Assembly: GCA_044892525.1 (NCBI GenBank)
Contig: CM097885.1
Location: 16,494,001-16,558,000, forward strand
Direction: 5' to 3'
From: Schmidtea polychroa
Taxonomy: Eukaryota
Length of the DNA stretch: 64,000 nucleotides
Below, in pieces: positions 12,961 through 26,106 of the stretch. How positions within the stretch are numbered: position 1 is the stretch's first letter; the number at the start of each line of letters is the position of its first letter. A program made the position numbers and the translations under genes. The notes under the pieces are model-generated. The model saw only the letters and a program-made list of their open reading frames with translations, had not been told where the DNA came from and made no database searches.

Positions 12961-13205
12961 TGTGAGGAAGATTTAATTATTAGCACAATATAATATTATA
13001 ATAATAAATTACATCTGAATTATTACTATTAAGAAATTAACATATACATATATTAAAGTATTATATTCGTATTATATTATGGCGTACATAATTATTATTG
13101 TTATTTAGAAATGCTTAATCGTCAATTTAATGATTTGTTTAGTCAAACCGATATTGTTATAATTTTTGAATATAATTTGAATTCGACTTTTAGTTTTATT
13201 TAACA
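12961..13205 (+). repeat. 5' LTR of element A
   Basis: TG...CA, direct repeat of 17864-18108. Confidence 0.97.
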
Positions 13206-14347
13206 TGGCGACCCTGGCAATAGTGAATAAGATGATTCCGGATGTTTACGACGGAAGACACGAAATCGAAACTTTCATTGAAGAATGTAAGCGATATTTT
13301 CAGTTATGTGGGTTAGATCAAGATAACCAAAATATGATGATAAAATGCCTTATTTCAAGAGATATTTTACCGATTTATGAAGCCGTCGATGTCAAATTTA
13401 TTAATTTTGAAGATAGACTCAGAGAAGCAATAGGCGATTTTCTGAACTTATACAATTATGAGAAAGATAACGATGCAGCGCCAGTGTTTTTCGAAAAGAT
13501 TGAGAAAATGGTCGACAAAGTATTGAAACACAAGTGGGATAAAAACGAATTAGTCGCTTATTTTTTGATACATTGTGTCAAAGACAAAGAAATCCAAAAA
13601 GAGATCAAGATGCGAGATGCTTTAAAAGTCGAAGAGATCAAGGACGTAATTCGTAAAGTTGATGCTATCAACATTGAAGTTTCTAGTATTGCAGTTATGC
13701 AAAGAAAAGAAACGTTCGCAAACGTAATAAAGAAACGACAAGGATTTGCCGATATACAAGATCGACAACGCAATTTTTCGAATGTTCAAGAAAGACGAAA
13801 TTTTGAACCAAGATTCAATTCTATTCCGCACGCTCAAAGCTTCGATTCTGGAAGGAATACTAATCAACAGTATTACCATAGAGACAACAGAGCAAGTGGA
13901 AGTCGCGTTGTTACATGTTGGAATTGTCAAGAACTAGGACATTCGAGTCGAGAATGCCCAAAAAAGAAGTGTTATGGATGTGGAAAAGAAGGACACATGA
14001 TTAGAGAATGTAAAAATAACAAGATAAATTCAGAATTGAGATGCAACGCTTGTAAGGAATCTGGCCATCACCGGGGAGAATGTCCATCGATTTCATGCTC
14101 AGGATGTGGAAAACGTGGTCATTTGCGGTTTCAATGTTGGGGAACAGCAGACACACGATCATCAGGAAGAAACCAATCTAGAAATTACGAGGATAACAGA
14201 CGATATCAAGACAGATATGCCGATGGAAGAGTGGCAGCTATGGAAGACCGCGGAAACGAAGCGGAGGATTCTCAGTCTACCCGAAGTGATGGACACCCAA
14301 ATGGGAGGGCTCCATCATTAGGCGAGATGATAGGAGCCATGCATTAA
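13205..14347 (+). CDS. gag: Gag of element A with four CCHC zinc knuckles
   Basis: CWNCQELGHSSREC, CYGCGKEGHMIREC, CNACKESGHHRGEC, CSGCGKRGHLRFQC. Confidence 0.92.
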   Translation: MATLAIVNKMIPDVYDGRHEIETFIEECKRYFQLCGLDQDNQNMMIKCLISRDILPIYEAVDVKFINFEDRLREAIGDFLNLYNYEKDNDAAPVFFEKIEKMVDKVLKHKWDKNELVAYFLIHCVKDKEIQKEIKMRDALKVEEIKDVIRKVDAINIEVSSIAVMQRKETFANVIKKRQGFADIQDRQRNFSNVQERRNFEPRFNSIPHAQSFDSGRNTNQQYYHRDNRASGSRVVTCWNCQELGHSSRECPKKKCYGCGKEGHMIRECKNNKINSELRCNACKESGHHRGECPSISCSGCGKRGHLRFQCWGTADTRSSGRNQSRNYEDNRRYQDRYADGRVAAMEDRGNEAEDSQSTRSDGHPNGRAPSLGEMIGAMH

Positions 14348-17300
14348 AAGGTAATAATGATGATTGTGTGCGCCAAGATAAGTATAGTATATTTTTTAAT
14401 AATAATAGTAATAGTAATTTAGACAGTATGTATAATTTTAAAAGTAGTAATAATAATTTAGACAGTATATCTAAATCAAATTTAAAGGTAAAAAATATTA
14501 GATTTAAATCAGATGTAATTTTAGAAGATAGTATTAAAAACGTGAAAAGTAAATTAAAAAAATATGATGTAATAAAGGAAGATAATCAGAGTAACAGTAA
14601 GATTATATATGACGTACGAGATAAAACTGATATTAATGATTGTAATTGGATGCGTGATAAAATTAATGTAATTGAAAATAAATGTGATCAGAATTGTAAG
14701 AAGATAATAAGTATTTGTGAGGCAAAATTAATAAATAGCAGTAAAAGGTTTGTTTATGACGAAACATTGGATAAACATATAAATAATATTTCTGTTTTAA
14801 ATGACGATTTAGAAATTGTATATGATAAGATGGGTGGAAGACCAAGCGTAATAGTTGGGATTAATAGGATTTATTTCAAACATTGTCTATTGGATACGGG
14901 GGCTAGAATGAATGTAATAGATAGCTCGATCATCAAAGAAATAGGTGAGATAGATATTAAACCTCACAATGAAGGAATTTGGTGTGCAAATGGCAGTCCA
15001 TTGGAAACATTTGGCAATGTTAAATTGAAGATTCAAATCGGTAACAAAGAAGAGAATGTGATTTTTGTTGTTGTTAAAAAGGTTTCACCGTCAATTATTG
15101 GTGGGATAGATTTACTTCGTCAATTCAACATCAAGTTAATGAAAATAAACGATAGTATAACTGAAAATACGGAAATAGAAAATAATTTTAATGAAATTTG
15201 TAATATTGAGGCAAGATTTAGCAACTCATATAATGATGAGAAAAGATTTAGTCGAGCAATAAAATTATTTGATTTAAAAAAAGGAGATAAAATGTATCAG
15301 ATAATTAATGAAAATAAAGAAGTTTTTATGGCTGATAAATGGGACATTGGAAAAACAGATTTATTATGGCACGAAATCAAAACTACTGAGGGCCCAATTT
15401 ACATGAACCCTAGACGACAACCGGCTCATTTAGAAGAAAAAATTGAGGAAGCTATAAAAAATTTGGAAGAAAATGGTATTATTAGGAAATGTGATTCGAG
15501 TTGGAATACTCCATTGGTATGTGTTTGGAAAAAAGAAAAGAATGACATCAGATTGTGTTTGGATTTTAGAAACCTAAATAAAATAACAGAAAGACAAATA
15601 TTTCCAATGCCTAATATTGAACAAATGTTAGATTCACTCAATGGATCCAAGTTTTTTAGTACTATAGATCTTGGAAGTGCATATTATCAAGTGGAGTTAA
15701 CAAATAATTCACAAGAAAAAACCGCATTTTCAACAAGGAGCGGACAGTACTGTTTTAATAGAATGCCTTTTGGAATTGCTGCGGCACCGGCTACATTTCA
15801 AAAACTAATGAATATGGTTTTAGGAAAACTTCTGTGGAATACAGCTATTGTATATTTGGATGACATATTAATATTTTCTACAAATAAAGAAGAGCATTTT
15901 AAAAGAATAAATGAAGTATTAATGAAAATTAAGGAAGCGGGATTACGAGTAAATCCAGAAAAAATGTATATTTTTAACAAATGAGACAAAATTTTTAGGC
16001 CATATAATTAATAATGAAGGTGTGAAAGTGGATGAAAATAAAATTGAAGCAATTAAAAATTTTGTAAGACCTCAATGTTTGAAACAACTAAGAAGTTTTT
16101 TGGGGTTGTGTAATTATTATAGAAAATTTATAAAAAATTATTCAATGTTTTCACGAATATTAGAGTCTATATGTGGTACGACTAATGAAAAACTTATATG
16201 GTCAGAAAAATGTGAAGAAGCATTTGAAGAATTAAAAAATGCATTATCGAAAACACCAGTATTAATATACCCTAACTTTCAGAAAGAATTTATTTTGGAC
16301 ACTGATGCAAGTTTTGACACAATTGGTGCGGTTTTATCACAGTTAGACGAACAGGGACATGAGCGAGTAATTGCATATGGTTCGCATTCAATGAATAAGC
16401 ATGAAATAGGTTATTGTATAACAAGGAAGGAGTTATTGGCCATTTATTATTTTACTCAACATTTTAAACATTATTTGTATGGGAAAAAATTTAAATTAAG
16501 AACGGACCATAAAGCAATAACATTCATGATGGCAACAAAAAAGCCAATCACGGCACAATTCCAAACTTGGATAAATTTTCTTAGCAGTTTGGATATGGAT
16601 ATTTCATTTAGAAAAGGTATGGAACATACCAATGCAGATGCATTATCCCGAGATAAGTGTGGACGATGTACTCAATGTATGGAAGTTCATGAAAATCCTA
16701 AAACAGAAAAAATGAAAACAAGACTTTTAACAATGACAGCTGTTAAGCAAGGTGTGATTTGGCAAAAGGGTAATGTTGAGATAGAAAATCAAAAAGAATT
16801 AATCATGAAAAATGTAAAAACTAAATTTAAGATTGATGATGATGTTATCATGACAAAAGAAAATAAAATTTGGATTCCTAAAAACAATCGCGAAAAATTT
16901 ATCAAAGAAATGCATAAAATCCTATGCCACGCAGGTTGCAAAAAAGTGATTGACTACATAAAAGTAAATTATGACATGGATGAATTACAAATGATAACTA
17001 CAGAAATTATTCAAAATTGTGAATTATGTCAAAAAAGAAAAACACTAACAACTAAAACAAAGGAAACTATACTAAAAACGGAAGTGTCGAAACCGTTTGA
17101 AACAATTGCTATAGATTTTTGTGGACCTTTGAAAACAAGTGTACATGGGAAAAAGTATATTTTAGGAATTATTGATATGTGCACTCGATATATTTCTCTT
17201 ACAGCAGTTTCTAAGCAAGATGAGAAAACAACAGCGGACACAATAATGAAATTTTGGATTCTAAAATACGGTTCTCCTAGGATAATTCAAGTAGATTGTG

Positions 17301-17896
17301 GGAAGACATTTGAATCAGGTGTGATGAAAGAATTAGCTAAAACCCATAACATAATGCTTCAATTTTCAAGTCCATACCATCATAGTGCAAATGGATTAAT
17401 AGAACGGCAATTTCGAACAATAAGAGATTTCATGAGTACCTCAATTAAAGATAGATTAAAAAGCAATTGGGTAGAGGTATTACCAGAAATTGAATTTGCT
17501 TTGAACGCAACCGTACAAAGTACATTAGGGAAAAGTCCAGCGGAAATAGTATTTGGGTTTCGAATAACAAGAGAATGGCAAAACAAAAAGGAAGTTACTA
17601 ATGACCGAATTAGAATCATTGAAGTGATACAAGAAAAGCAAAGAAATGTTAAGTACAGAAACGCAGATAGAATTAATAGAGAATTTAAAATAGATGACAA
17701 CGTTTTAGTAAAGATAGACACAAGAAAAAAAGAAGATGATAGATACAGAGGACCTTTTCGAGTGATAAAAAAACTACATGATAGAAGTTACGAACTTATG
17801 GATAAAGAAGGTAAAACAATGATTCGAAATGTAGAATGGCTAAAGCCTTTTAAACAGGGGGGATGTGAGGAAGATTTAATTATTAGCACAATATAA
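14290..17896 (+). CDS. pol: Pol of element A (protease, RT, RNase H, integrase), with one +1 frameshift in an A6 run at 15959-15964
   Basis: LLDTGA; LCLDFR, YLDD; DTDAS, ELLAI, TDHKA, NADALSR; HHCC, IAIDFCG, QVDCGKTF, NGLIER, GPF. Removing one A gives NPEKCIFLTNETKFLGH and joins ORFs 14368-15984 and 16022-17896. Confidence 0.93.
14296..14338 (+). promoter_or_regulatory. -1 programmed ribosomal frameshift signal (gag-pol), element A
   Basis: Slippery C_CCA_AAT in the gag frame (14296-14302), 5-nt spacer, stem GGCTCC-ATCAT...ATGAT-A-GGAGCC; the -1 frame is open from 14290. Confidence 0.8.
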
Positions 17897-18108
17897 TATT
17901 ATAATAATAAATTACATCTGAATTATTACTATTAAGAAATTAACATATACATATATTAAAGTATTATATTCGTATTATATTATGGCGTACATAATTATTA
18001 TTGTTATTTAGAAATGCTTAATCGTCAATTTAATGATTTGTTTAGTCAAACCGATATTGTTATAATTTTTGAATATAATTTGAATTCGACTTTTAGTTTT
18101 ATTTAACA
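17864..18108 (+). repeat. 3' LTR of element A
   Basis: Direct repeat of 12961-13205, preceded by the PPT. Confidence 0.97.
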
Positions 18109-18359
18109 CCCACTATTCCCAATTCCCACTATTCCCAATTCCCACTATTCACAATTCCCACTATTCACAATTTTTATTATTTTCAAATTATACACAACTT
18201 AAGTCCCATTATTTCAAAACCACACGTAATTTTGTAGATTGTATGTTTTGTTGATTTGTTTAATAATACCCTTGCGAGTTGTTGAGCGTGACCAGTACCC
18301 TTGTGAGCATTACCCATAGAGGGACAAAATATTTTGTCGGATAGACTCGGAGTATATAG

Positions 18360-18508
<149 letters not shown>

Positions 18509-18743
18509 AATGTTGATTTGTTTAATAATACCCTTGCGACATGTTGAATATGACCAGTACCTTGTGCGTGTCGTCCCACTATTCCCAATTCCCATTATTC
18601 CTAATTCATGGTTTTATGCAATAAAAACATTATATTTATAAATAATGAACTAAAGTTTTTAAATGTGGGTGGCCTTACTGGTCATTGGGAATTGGGAATA
18701 ATGGGAATTGGGAATAGTGGGAATTGGGAATAGTGGGACAGAA

Positions 18744-18999
<256 letters not shown>

Positions 19000-20592
19000 T
19001 GCTAAATATTTATTAATAAAATCAATAAATTCCCATTACCTAAGAAAACCATAATAAATATTAAAATATTATTTTCCCAATTAAAAACATATATTTACAA
19101 AATAATTGTCAAATATAAGTAAATCAGTAAATAATTTTATCATCAATAAATGTTTATAAAATCATTATATCCAAAATTATATAAATCTGATAAATGTCAT
19201 ATTGATAATCTTAGAAAATATCTATTAATTTTTATTATCTAGTATGAAGCTGAAGGATTCTAAGTTTTAATTAGAATTTTTTTGAAAGGATGATTGAAAT
19301 TTGTTTAAATAACAAACAAATAGAAAATATATAATCTTTGAGTACATAATTTCTTAAATAACATTTATGGAATTATTTAGTAATTTACCAATCGATGTTA
19401 ATGTTTATCGGATGAGAACCAATTGAACCAATTGGAAAATTAATTAATTAGGATTTTGTTAAAATTGAATTTATTATGAAAATGAAATTTAAAATAATAA
19501 ATTATGCTAAATACTTCCCTAAATTAAACAAATTTATCATTTAATGAGCAAATAAAATACAAACCGTCTTCTTGCTCATCGAAATTGATGCACTTGTTTG
19601 GCTTTTCTGTGAGTGCGTAGACTGTCGTAAACAAATAAATAATAATTTATTTTAAATTTTATAAATTCTAAATAAATATCTATGTAAATATAAACGAGAG
19701 AGAAAGAGAGAAAGCGAGAGAAATTATTGCAGAGAAAATATGAATTTTTTTTATTTTATTGATAAAATCTAGGGAGAATCTAAAATGGTTAAAATGGAAT
19801 TTAATCAGTCATGCACTTGATGAATATATTTTGAATATATTTTCCTTTCTTTTGTAACAATAAAGCAGAAGGTTTTATCCATATTTTATGCTTTCTAATA
19901 TTTTCTAATAATTGCATCACAAACTATTCGAAGCTCAAACAAAAAGTCCTTCATAACTTCCAGCAATCCACGGTGCAGTGAAGCTTTTCCGTTATATATT
20001 ACCGTTATATGGTAAGTAGATATTTTCAGAATTTTACTGACTTTATAATCAACTCTCAACGAGGTTTAACTGAAAATGTCAGGAATTCTCCTCTAAAAAT
20101 CGTGTCTTAAATGCGAGGGTTCTTTGGAATAGTAAACCACTTTCATTGTTTCATTATAGAAATTTCCGAGTGCTTGACACATATTCTTGCCCTTTCTTTC
20201 GAGCATAAAAAAATGTAGCCAACTGGAACAATATTTCTCTTTTATTTTTGTAAGATCTATAAATTCTTTGTCGAACATTCAGAGGTTACATTACAACAAA
20301 ATATCAGATTAACGGCTACACAGAGAGCCTTTAGGAATTAATTCTAATAGGTTTTCCTAAGTCATAGGTTTTCGTCATTTTCTCGCTATTTATCAGTCTT
20401 ATTTGTAATTTTTCTTGTTTAAATGAAGTGATTTTAATTTTTTGTTTAAATAAAATTATTTATTTAATTTTTAATTAAATAATGCTAATTTATTTTACAT
20501 AAATCAGTGCAAATTTGCAATAAATCTTGTCCAAATTTTTTGACTTTTGTTTAAATACATAAAATCTAATTTATAATTTTTCTTGTTTAAAT

Positions 20593-21479
20593 TGTTGGGT
20601 TATTGAGTTGGTGATAAATTTAAATGTTTACTTTGACTCCAAGCGTGTCTTTGACCGATCCTCAAATAACACTTGACAACAGAAATCTTTATTGATAATC
20701 ACAAATAAACTTTCTCTTTACACTCTGCTTGGTGACTAAACAATGCTTATTACACCACTCGGTGACGAATAGCACTTGCGTATAACACCGGATTAAAGGA
20801 TCACAAATTACTGATTATTTTATCAACTGGGACTTTGAGCTGGTTGTTTTCTTTGACCTTCTTCACAATGTATACTCAAATACTCAAGAAATTTCTTTTC
20901 GTTTAATTTTTCAACTAATTCCTTTTTTTAAATATTCTCCAACAATTATTCTTCACAATTATTTTCTTTACAATTCTTTTTCACAATCGTTTCTCCAACA
21001 ACGTTTCGTCCGACGTTGTCTAATTTTTCTCCAATAATTTAATCTCCCAAATTCGTCTTTATACTTGTCTCTCAAATTGTCTCACAAATCGTCTCAATTT
21101 CGCGTCACTTTATATCTCTAATTTTGTGTCCACCAGTTTCCATTTCTATAGTTATTTTATTTGTGGCACTGGCGACAGATTTTGTTTTCCCATTTCCATT
21201 TTCTTCTGCGTTTCCCGCTACGTTAGCCTTATCTCTGATAGATGTCTAGATATTTTTCCTTTTTCCTTTTTTGTTAAGCCGCCTTCTCCCGGCAATTCCA
21301 CTATCTTTGACAAGATGTCAAGATACGGCTTTTTTCCATTTTTTGTTTTTCTGGAATTTGAAATTCCATCTTCATTTGTACTTCTTAATTAATAATGACC
21401 TTTGTTTTAATTTCTTGTTTCTTTTCTTTCCCCTAGGTAATTTATTCATTATGTTGTTTCCATTTAGGTATCCTCAACA
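20593..21479. mobile_element. Solo LTR (887 bp) inserted in an AT-rich tandem repeat
   Basis: Termini TGTTG...CAACA; 4-bp TSD AAAT; removing it restores the flanking unit TTCTTGTTTAAATGAAG of the 20400-21780 array. Confidence 0.75.
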
Positions 21480-23369
21480 AAATGAAGTCATTTTAACTTT
21501 ATGTTTAAAGAAAATGATATTTTTTTATTTTTGTTTAAATACATAAAATCTTATTTTTTATTTTTTTTGTTTAAATGAAGATTTTATAATTATTTTTTTA
21601 ATAAAATTTTTGTAAAATTTTTAATTAAATAAAGTTAAATCAAAAGTAACTTGCAATAAATCTTATCCAAATTATATATATTTAAATGAAATTATTTTAT
21701 TCGATTTTTAAATTTTTCTTGTTTAAATGAAGTGATATTTTTAAACTAACATTTTTTGTTTAAATGATTATAAATATGTTATGTTTTTTTTTAAACAAAT
21801 TTTTTTTCATAAAAAAAAAATTTAAAAAATTGTAACGCCTTCCCTTTGGATAGTTTTTTAGTATACCGACAATTTCCATTGAACATAACCTAAATGAAAT
21901 TATGTAAAAAAATCGACTAAATTAATTAAAAAAATTGTTTGAGCATCAATTAGTATATTTGGATAAACTGACATTTTATTATTAATATAATTAAATATTA
22001 ATAATATTATTGAACTCTGGGAGCCAAATTTAATCTTTGTTCCTACCGAGACATCAGGAAACCCAAAATTGTATCATTTAAGTTTGTCGGGAATTCTTGT
22101 CATTGTTAGTTGGAAGTTATACATCAAATTATATAAATATTGCCGATTAAATTATTATTATTATTAATTAATATTGAAATAAAATTAAATTAAAATTAAA
22201 TTGATAATTTAATAATTAACATAATAAAATTAACCTTTTGTATGAGAATTAATTGAAAAGTGTTCCACTAATTTTTGATACTTCAATTCCTGTTTAATTT
22301 TCTCGTACACAAAAAGGTCTTGATGGACATAATTAATCTCAACTTTATCCTTTTTCTCCTCCATTTCTGAATCAAGAATATTTTTATTTTTATTTTTTCT
22401 TATTCTATTTTGTAGAGATTAATATTGAAATTAAAAAAACTTTAAATTTCATTTTAATCATAATTTAATGAAATTAAATATAAATTGTATATATGATTAA
22501 ATTTAATTTCACAATTAGTTTCTGTGACAATTGTCATGTTATTAGGTTATTTAAACAATTGTTATTTTATCTAATTAAATGACATTTCATTTAGCTAACA
22601 CAATTAGAGGACATTTTTTGCTTTTTAATTTCTGAATTAATTTTTTTAATTTATTTTCTGTTTATTTGATAATTTTAATATCATTTATTTGCGTCAATAT
22701 TTATTCATTGTAAATATTATATGAATTAAGGCGTTGATAAAAATGACGAGTCGTTAATATTTAATTATTATTTAATTATTATTAATAATTGTTTGCTTGT
22801 CGTAATAATACATCATTGTATTGTTTCAATACAAGTAAATTTTGATGATTCAGCATTTTATGGTTTGACAGCACGATCGTTCGCTCACCTAAAATACCAT
22901 GATGATGAACCATCGAACGGTTTTAATAATAATAATTTATTGACCCATAAAAATGAGACGATTCATCATTTAAATTTGAACTTGTACTAGTGGCTTTCTG
23001 TAACATTTAGGGATTACTTGCCAGTCGTTATATCTTCATTATTAATCATCGGGATAGTTGTACTGGAGACTATTAAGATGTAAACATATTAAACAGAAAA
23101 AGTGAGCGAGCTATGAATAATAAAAGTAGAGATGCTCATTTAAAGAGCATGGACTGCAAATGAAAGAATTTCATGCATCTCTAACATGCATTATAGACTG
23201 AGTACATGAAAAGGGGTAACAAAATGATGAAGATTAATATGTGGTTTGTATAAAAGGCTTGCTATAATATTTTATAAATAAAGATAATTTAAAAATACTA
23301 GTTTTCAAATTTATATTTTTCGATTATATTTGTATATTTTATAATTCTTAATTTTATGTTTTACCTTAA

Positions 23370-23510
23370 ATGAAGAAAACTACAAGATTAGAAGAAAAGA
23401 AAAAAAATAACTGAATTTGAAAAGACCAACAACAATCGCCATGTTCAAAGCGTTTTTAATCTTCCGATAAGTACTTTGCTGGTATTATTAAAAATAAAGA
23501 AAAAATATGT
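23370..23510 (+). pseudogene. Decayed pogo/Tigger (CENP-B type) N-terminal HTH fragment
   Basis: Remnants TRLEEKKKITEFEK and IST..GIIKNKEKI with frameshifts. Confidence 0.35.
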
Positions 23511-24359
23511 ACTTTTTTGAAAGTTGATTATTGTAAATTTTTATTTATTCCTGAATGAAATGATTTTATATTAAAATGTCGAACCATCGAATGTAATTGA
23601 TTTGTTTTTTACGCTGATGATTTAGGGGTGTCATAAAATCAAAATTCACTTGTATTTAAATGCTCTACTTTTGATACTATTTTAATCATAACTGGATGGG
23701 GTAATCTGGGTGAGAATTCTGTTTTATCCGCAGAATTTATTGTATAATTATGAAAAATATTAATATATTGCAATTGCCACAAGAAAGGGTTTCCTAATAA
23801 AAAGAAAGTTACAAGTTTACTTTAGAGTTAAAAGTTTATTAGTCAGAATACGTACTTTTAATTGGTCCTCGAGTATGTTGAATCTGAATTTGTTATTTAT
23901 TAATTTTACAGTCTATGTTATCTTTTACATGTCTTATATACATATAAAAAAGATTTCTTCAAATTGTTTATGGAACTACACCTGTTTACATGGAATAGTG
24001 TTACCTTTAACCACGGCGGGAAACAATTACCCCGAAGAACTTCTATACGACCTACCAAAGATAAGTTTTCGTTGTTAACCGTCTTTCAGTTTGCGTACTT
24101 GACCAAGTAAAAGTAAACAATAATGATATCCTTTTTTCAGCATTTATTAATTTTATATACTTATGCTGTCTCCAGTGTAACCCAGAATGCAATGATGTGT
24201 GTAGCCACTTATACCAGTTGAGTATATATATTCTTATTAGATATACGTTAAATTTATTTCAATGAATATATACTTGAGAATATACTTGAATACTAAAATG
24301 ATAAATTTTTTTTTAATTATTTACTTGTTAATTTATTTGTTACAAAAACGTTCAATTTT

Positions 24360-24437
24360 TTATATTCTCTATTGACAATCATTTTGGGAAAAAGGCTAAA
24401 ATGCAACTGGACTATCATTTTTGGAAAGAGGGAGTAC
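24360..24437 (-). mobile_element. Terminal fragment of a Tc1/mariner MITE with a TA|CTCCCTC end
   Basis: Reverse complement of 36746-36825. Confidence 0.6.
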
Positions 24438-25183
24438 TTTGTTAATTAATATTTAGTTAATTACTGATTAATTTTATTTTTAAAATTTATTATCAAACTT
24501 TATTACAAAGGATGTTTGTAGCGTCATTAAGAAATCGTAACAATAGAATTGTACGATGATTGACAAAATAAAATAATATTAATGAGAATATTGTTTGAGG
24601 CGCCAGCTTTTGTTAACACATTCGAAATGACGGGCGAATTGTTTGAAGGATCATTAACTATTTGAACTTTTAGGTAAATTGCCCAAAATTTTCTTTTGTT
24701 CAATTAAGATTTCAAAGTTTGAAATCAAAAATCCCCTAGTTATGATATAGCCATTAAAAACATTTAAATAAAAGACATTGTTTAAATGAGCTATAATTAT
24801 AATTAGATGAGATCCTAAAATTGATATTCAAAAGTTTGAATAAATTAAATGGAATCTTAAAATTATTAATCTTAATCCTAAATTAGTTTTCAATAACAAT
24901 TCTATATCTCATATAATATATTTTATGGCTCACTTTCATTTATATAAGACCACAGGTAATATTAGAGCACGAAATATATTTATTAGAGCACCCAATAAAA
25001 AATAAACTAACACTCACAAGAAACTGTACAAAAAACATATTTAGTGCAGAAATCAATAATAATAACATGAAAAAATACAGATCGACATTAATAATAAGGT
25101 TATCCACAAGATGAGGCTGAAACAAAAGACCATACATTTTCTAGACCATCTTTAATGTGATTGGAAGCACATCTAAATGTAAT

Positions 25184-25913
25184 TGTAATGTATTGTAATT
25201 ATTTATTTTTCTTGGGTTTGTTAACCGTATGTTATAAATTTAAATTACAATCCTTCACGTCGTACGTGGCGAAGGTTTTTATTTTATGTTCGTAAAAAAA
25301 CAAACTATATAGTGATAATTTACCATAGTAAATTATCACTATAAAAAAAAATTACAAATTTAAAAAAATCGATAAGAAGTATAAGAATTATTCAGAAATA
25401 CAAATATACAAAACCGAAGTAAAAATTGGATTCTAAACTATATATTAAGAAACAAAGTGATTATTCATAATTGTGATACGAAACAAAATCATCTGAAGTT
25501 ATTCTCTGAAAATCATCCTACAGAATATAGTTATTCTCTCATTATAAATAAAGGCCTAAATCTCTTTATCCGGACAATTTTACAAAGGTATTATTCTTGA
25601 GTGCAAGAAAAGACAAAATCGTCCGAAGTAATCCTCTGCAAATCATCCTCCTAGATATAATTATTCTGCAACCACAAATACCGGACTAAATATTTGCCTT
25701 CGGACAATTAACAAAGTATTAAAGTTTGTTGGTTAATAAAAGTATATAAAAGTCATATCATTGTTGCATATTAATTTTTATTTTTTTTATACTATTGTCG
25801 CGTTACTATACACAACTTACACCCCGATTGTCCCAACACATATTTTTTAAAGGAGACTCTTTCGGGCTCTTCAATTTTCTTATTACTCGGCGTAAATAAC
25901 CTATAACATAACA
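25184..25913 (+). repeat. 5' LTR of element B
   Basis: TGTAATG...CATAACA, direct repeat of 30541-31271. Confidence 0.97.
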
Positions 25914-25915
25914 AT

Positions 25916-25933
25916 TGGTGTCAGAAGTGGGAT
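25916..25933 (+). promoter_or_regulatory. Primer-binding site complementary to the 3' end of tRNA-Leu(CAA)
   Basis: TGGTGTCAGAAGTGGGAT is the reverse complement of ATCCCACTTCTGACACCA. Confidence 0.85.
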
Positions 25934-26106
25934 AAAAAAAAACAATAACATAACACGCATTCGGCATTTGTTATTTCAATCACGAAACCTTTCAGTATAG
26001 TTATTATAGAACTATAAAGGCTAGTGACACTGTTGGCCGAACACAGTAGGCCATATCCTTCAGATAAACTGTTATATTTTTTTCAACACAACAACAAAAC
26101 AAATAA

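Larger units (their letters stand above)
12961..18108 (+). mobile_element. Full-length Ty3/gypsy LTR retrotransposon A (5148 bp), very recent
   Basis: 245-bp LTRs TGTGAG...TAACA with no difference seen by eye; TSD CCCAC (12956-12960, 18109-18113); PBS TGGCGACCCTGGCA at 13206; PPT AAACAGGGGGGA at 17852-17863; order gag-PR-RT-RH-IN. Confidence 0.97.

Noticed and set aside
18686..18739. Interstitial telomeric repeat
   Set aside because: Unit is GGGAAT(T/AGT), not TTAGGG-like, and is arranged as inverted arms
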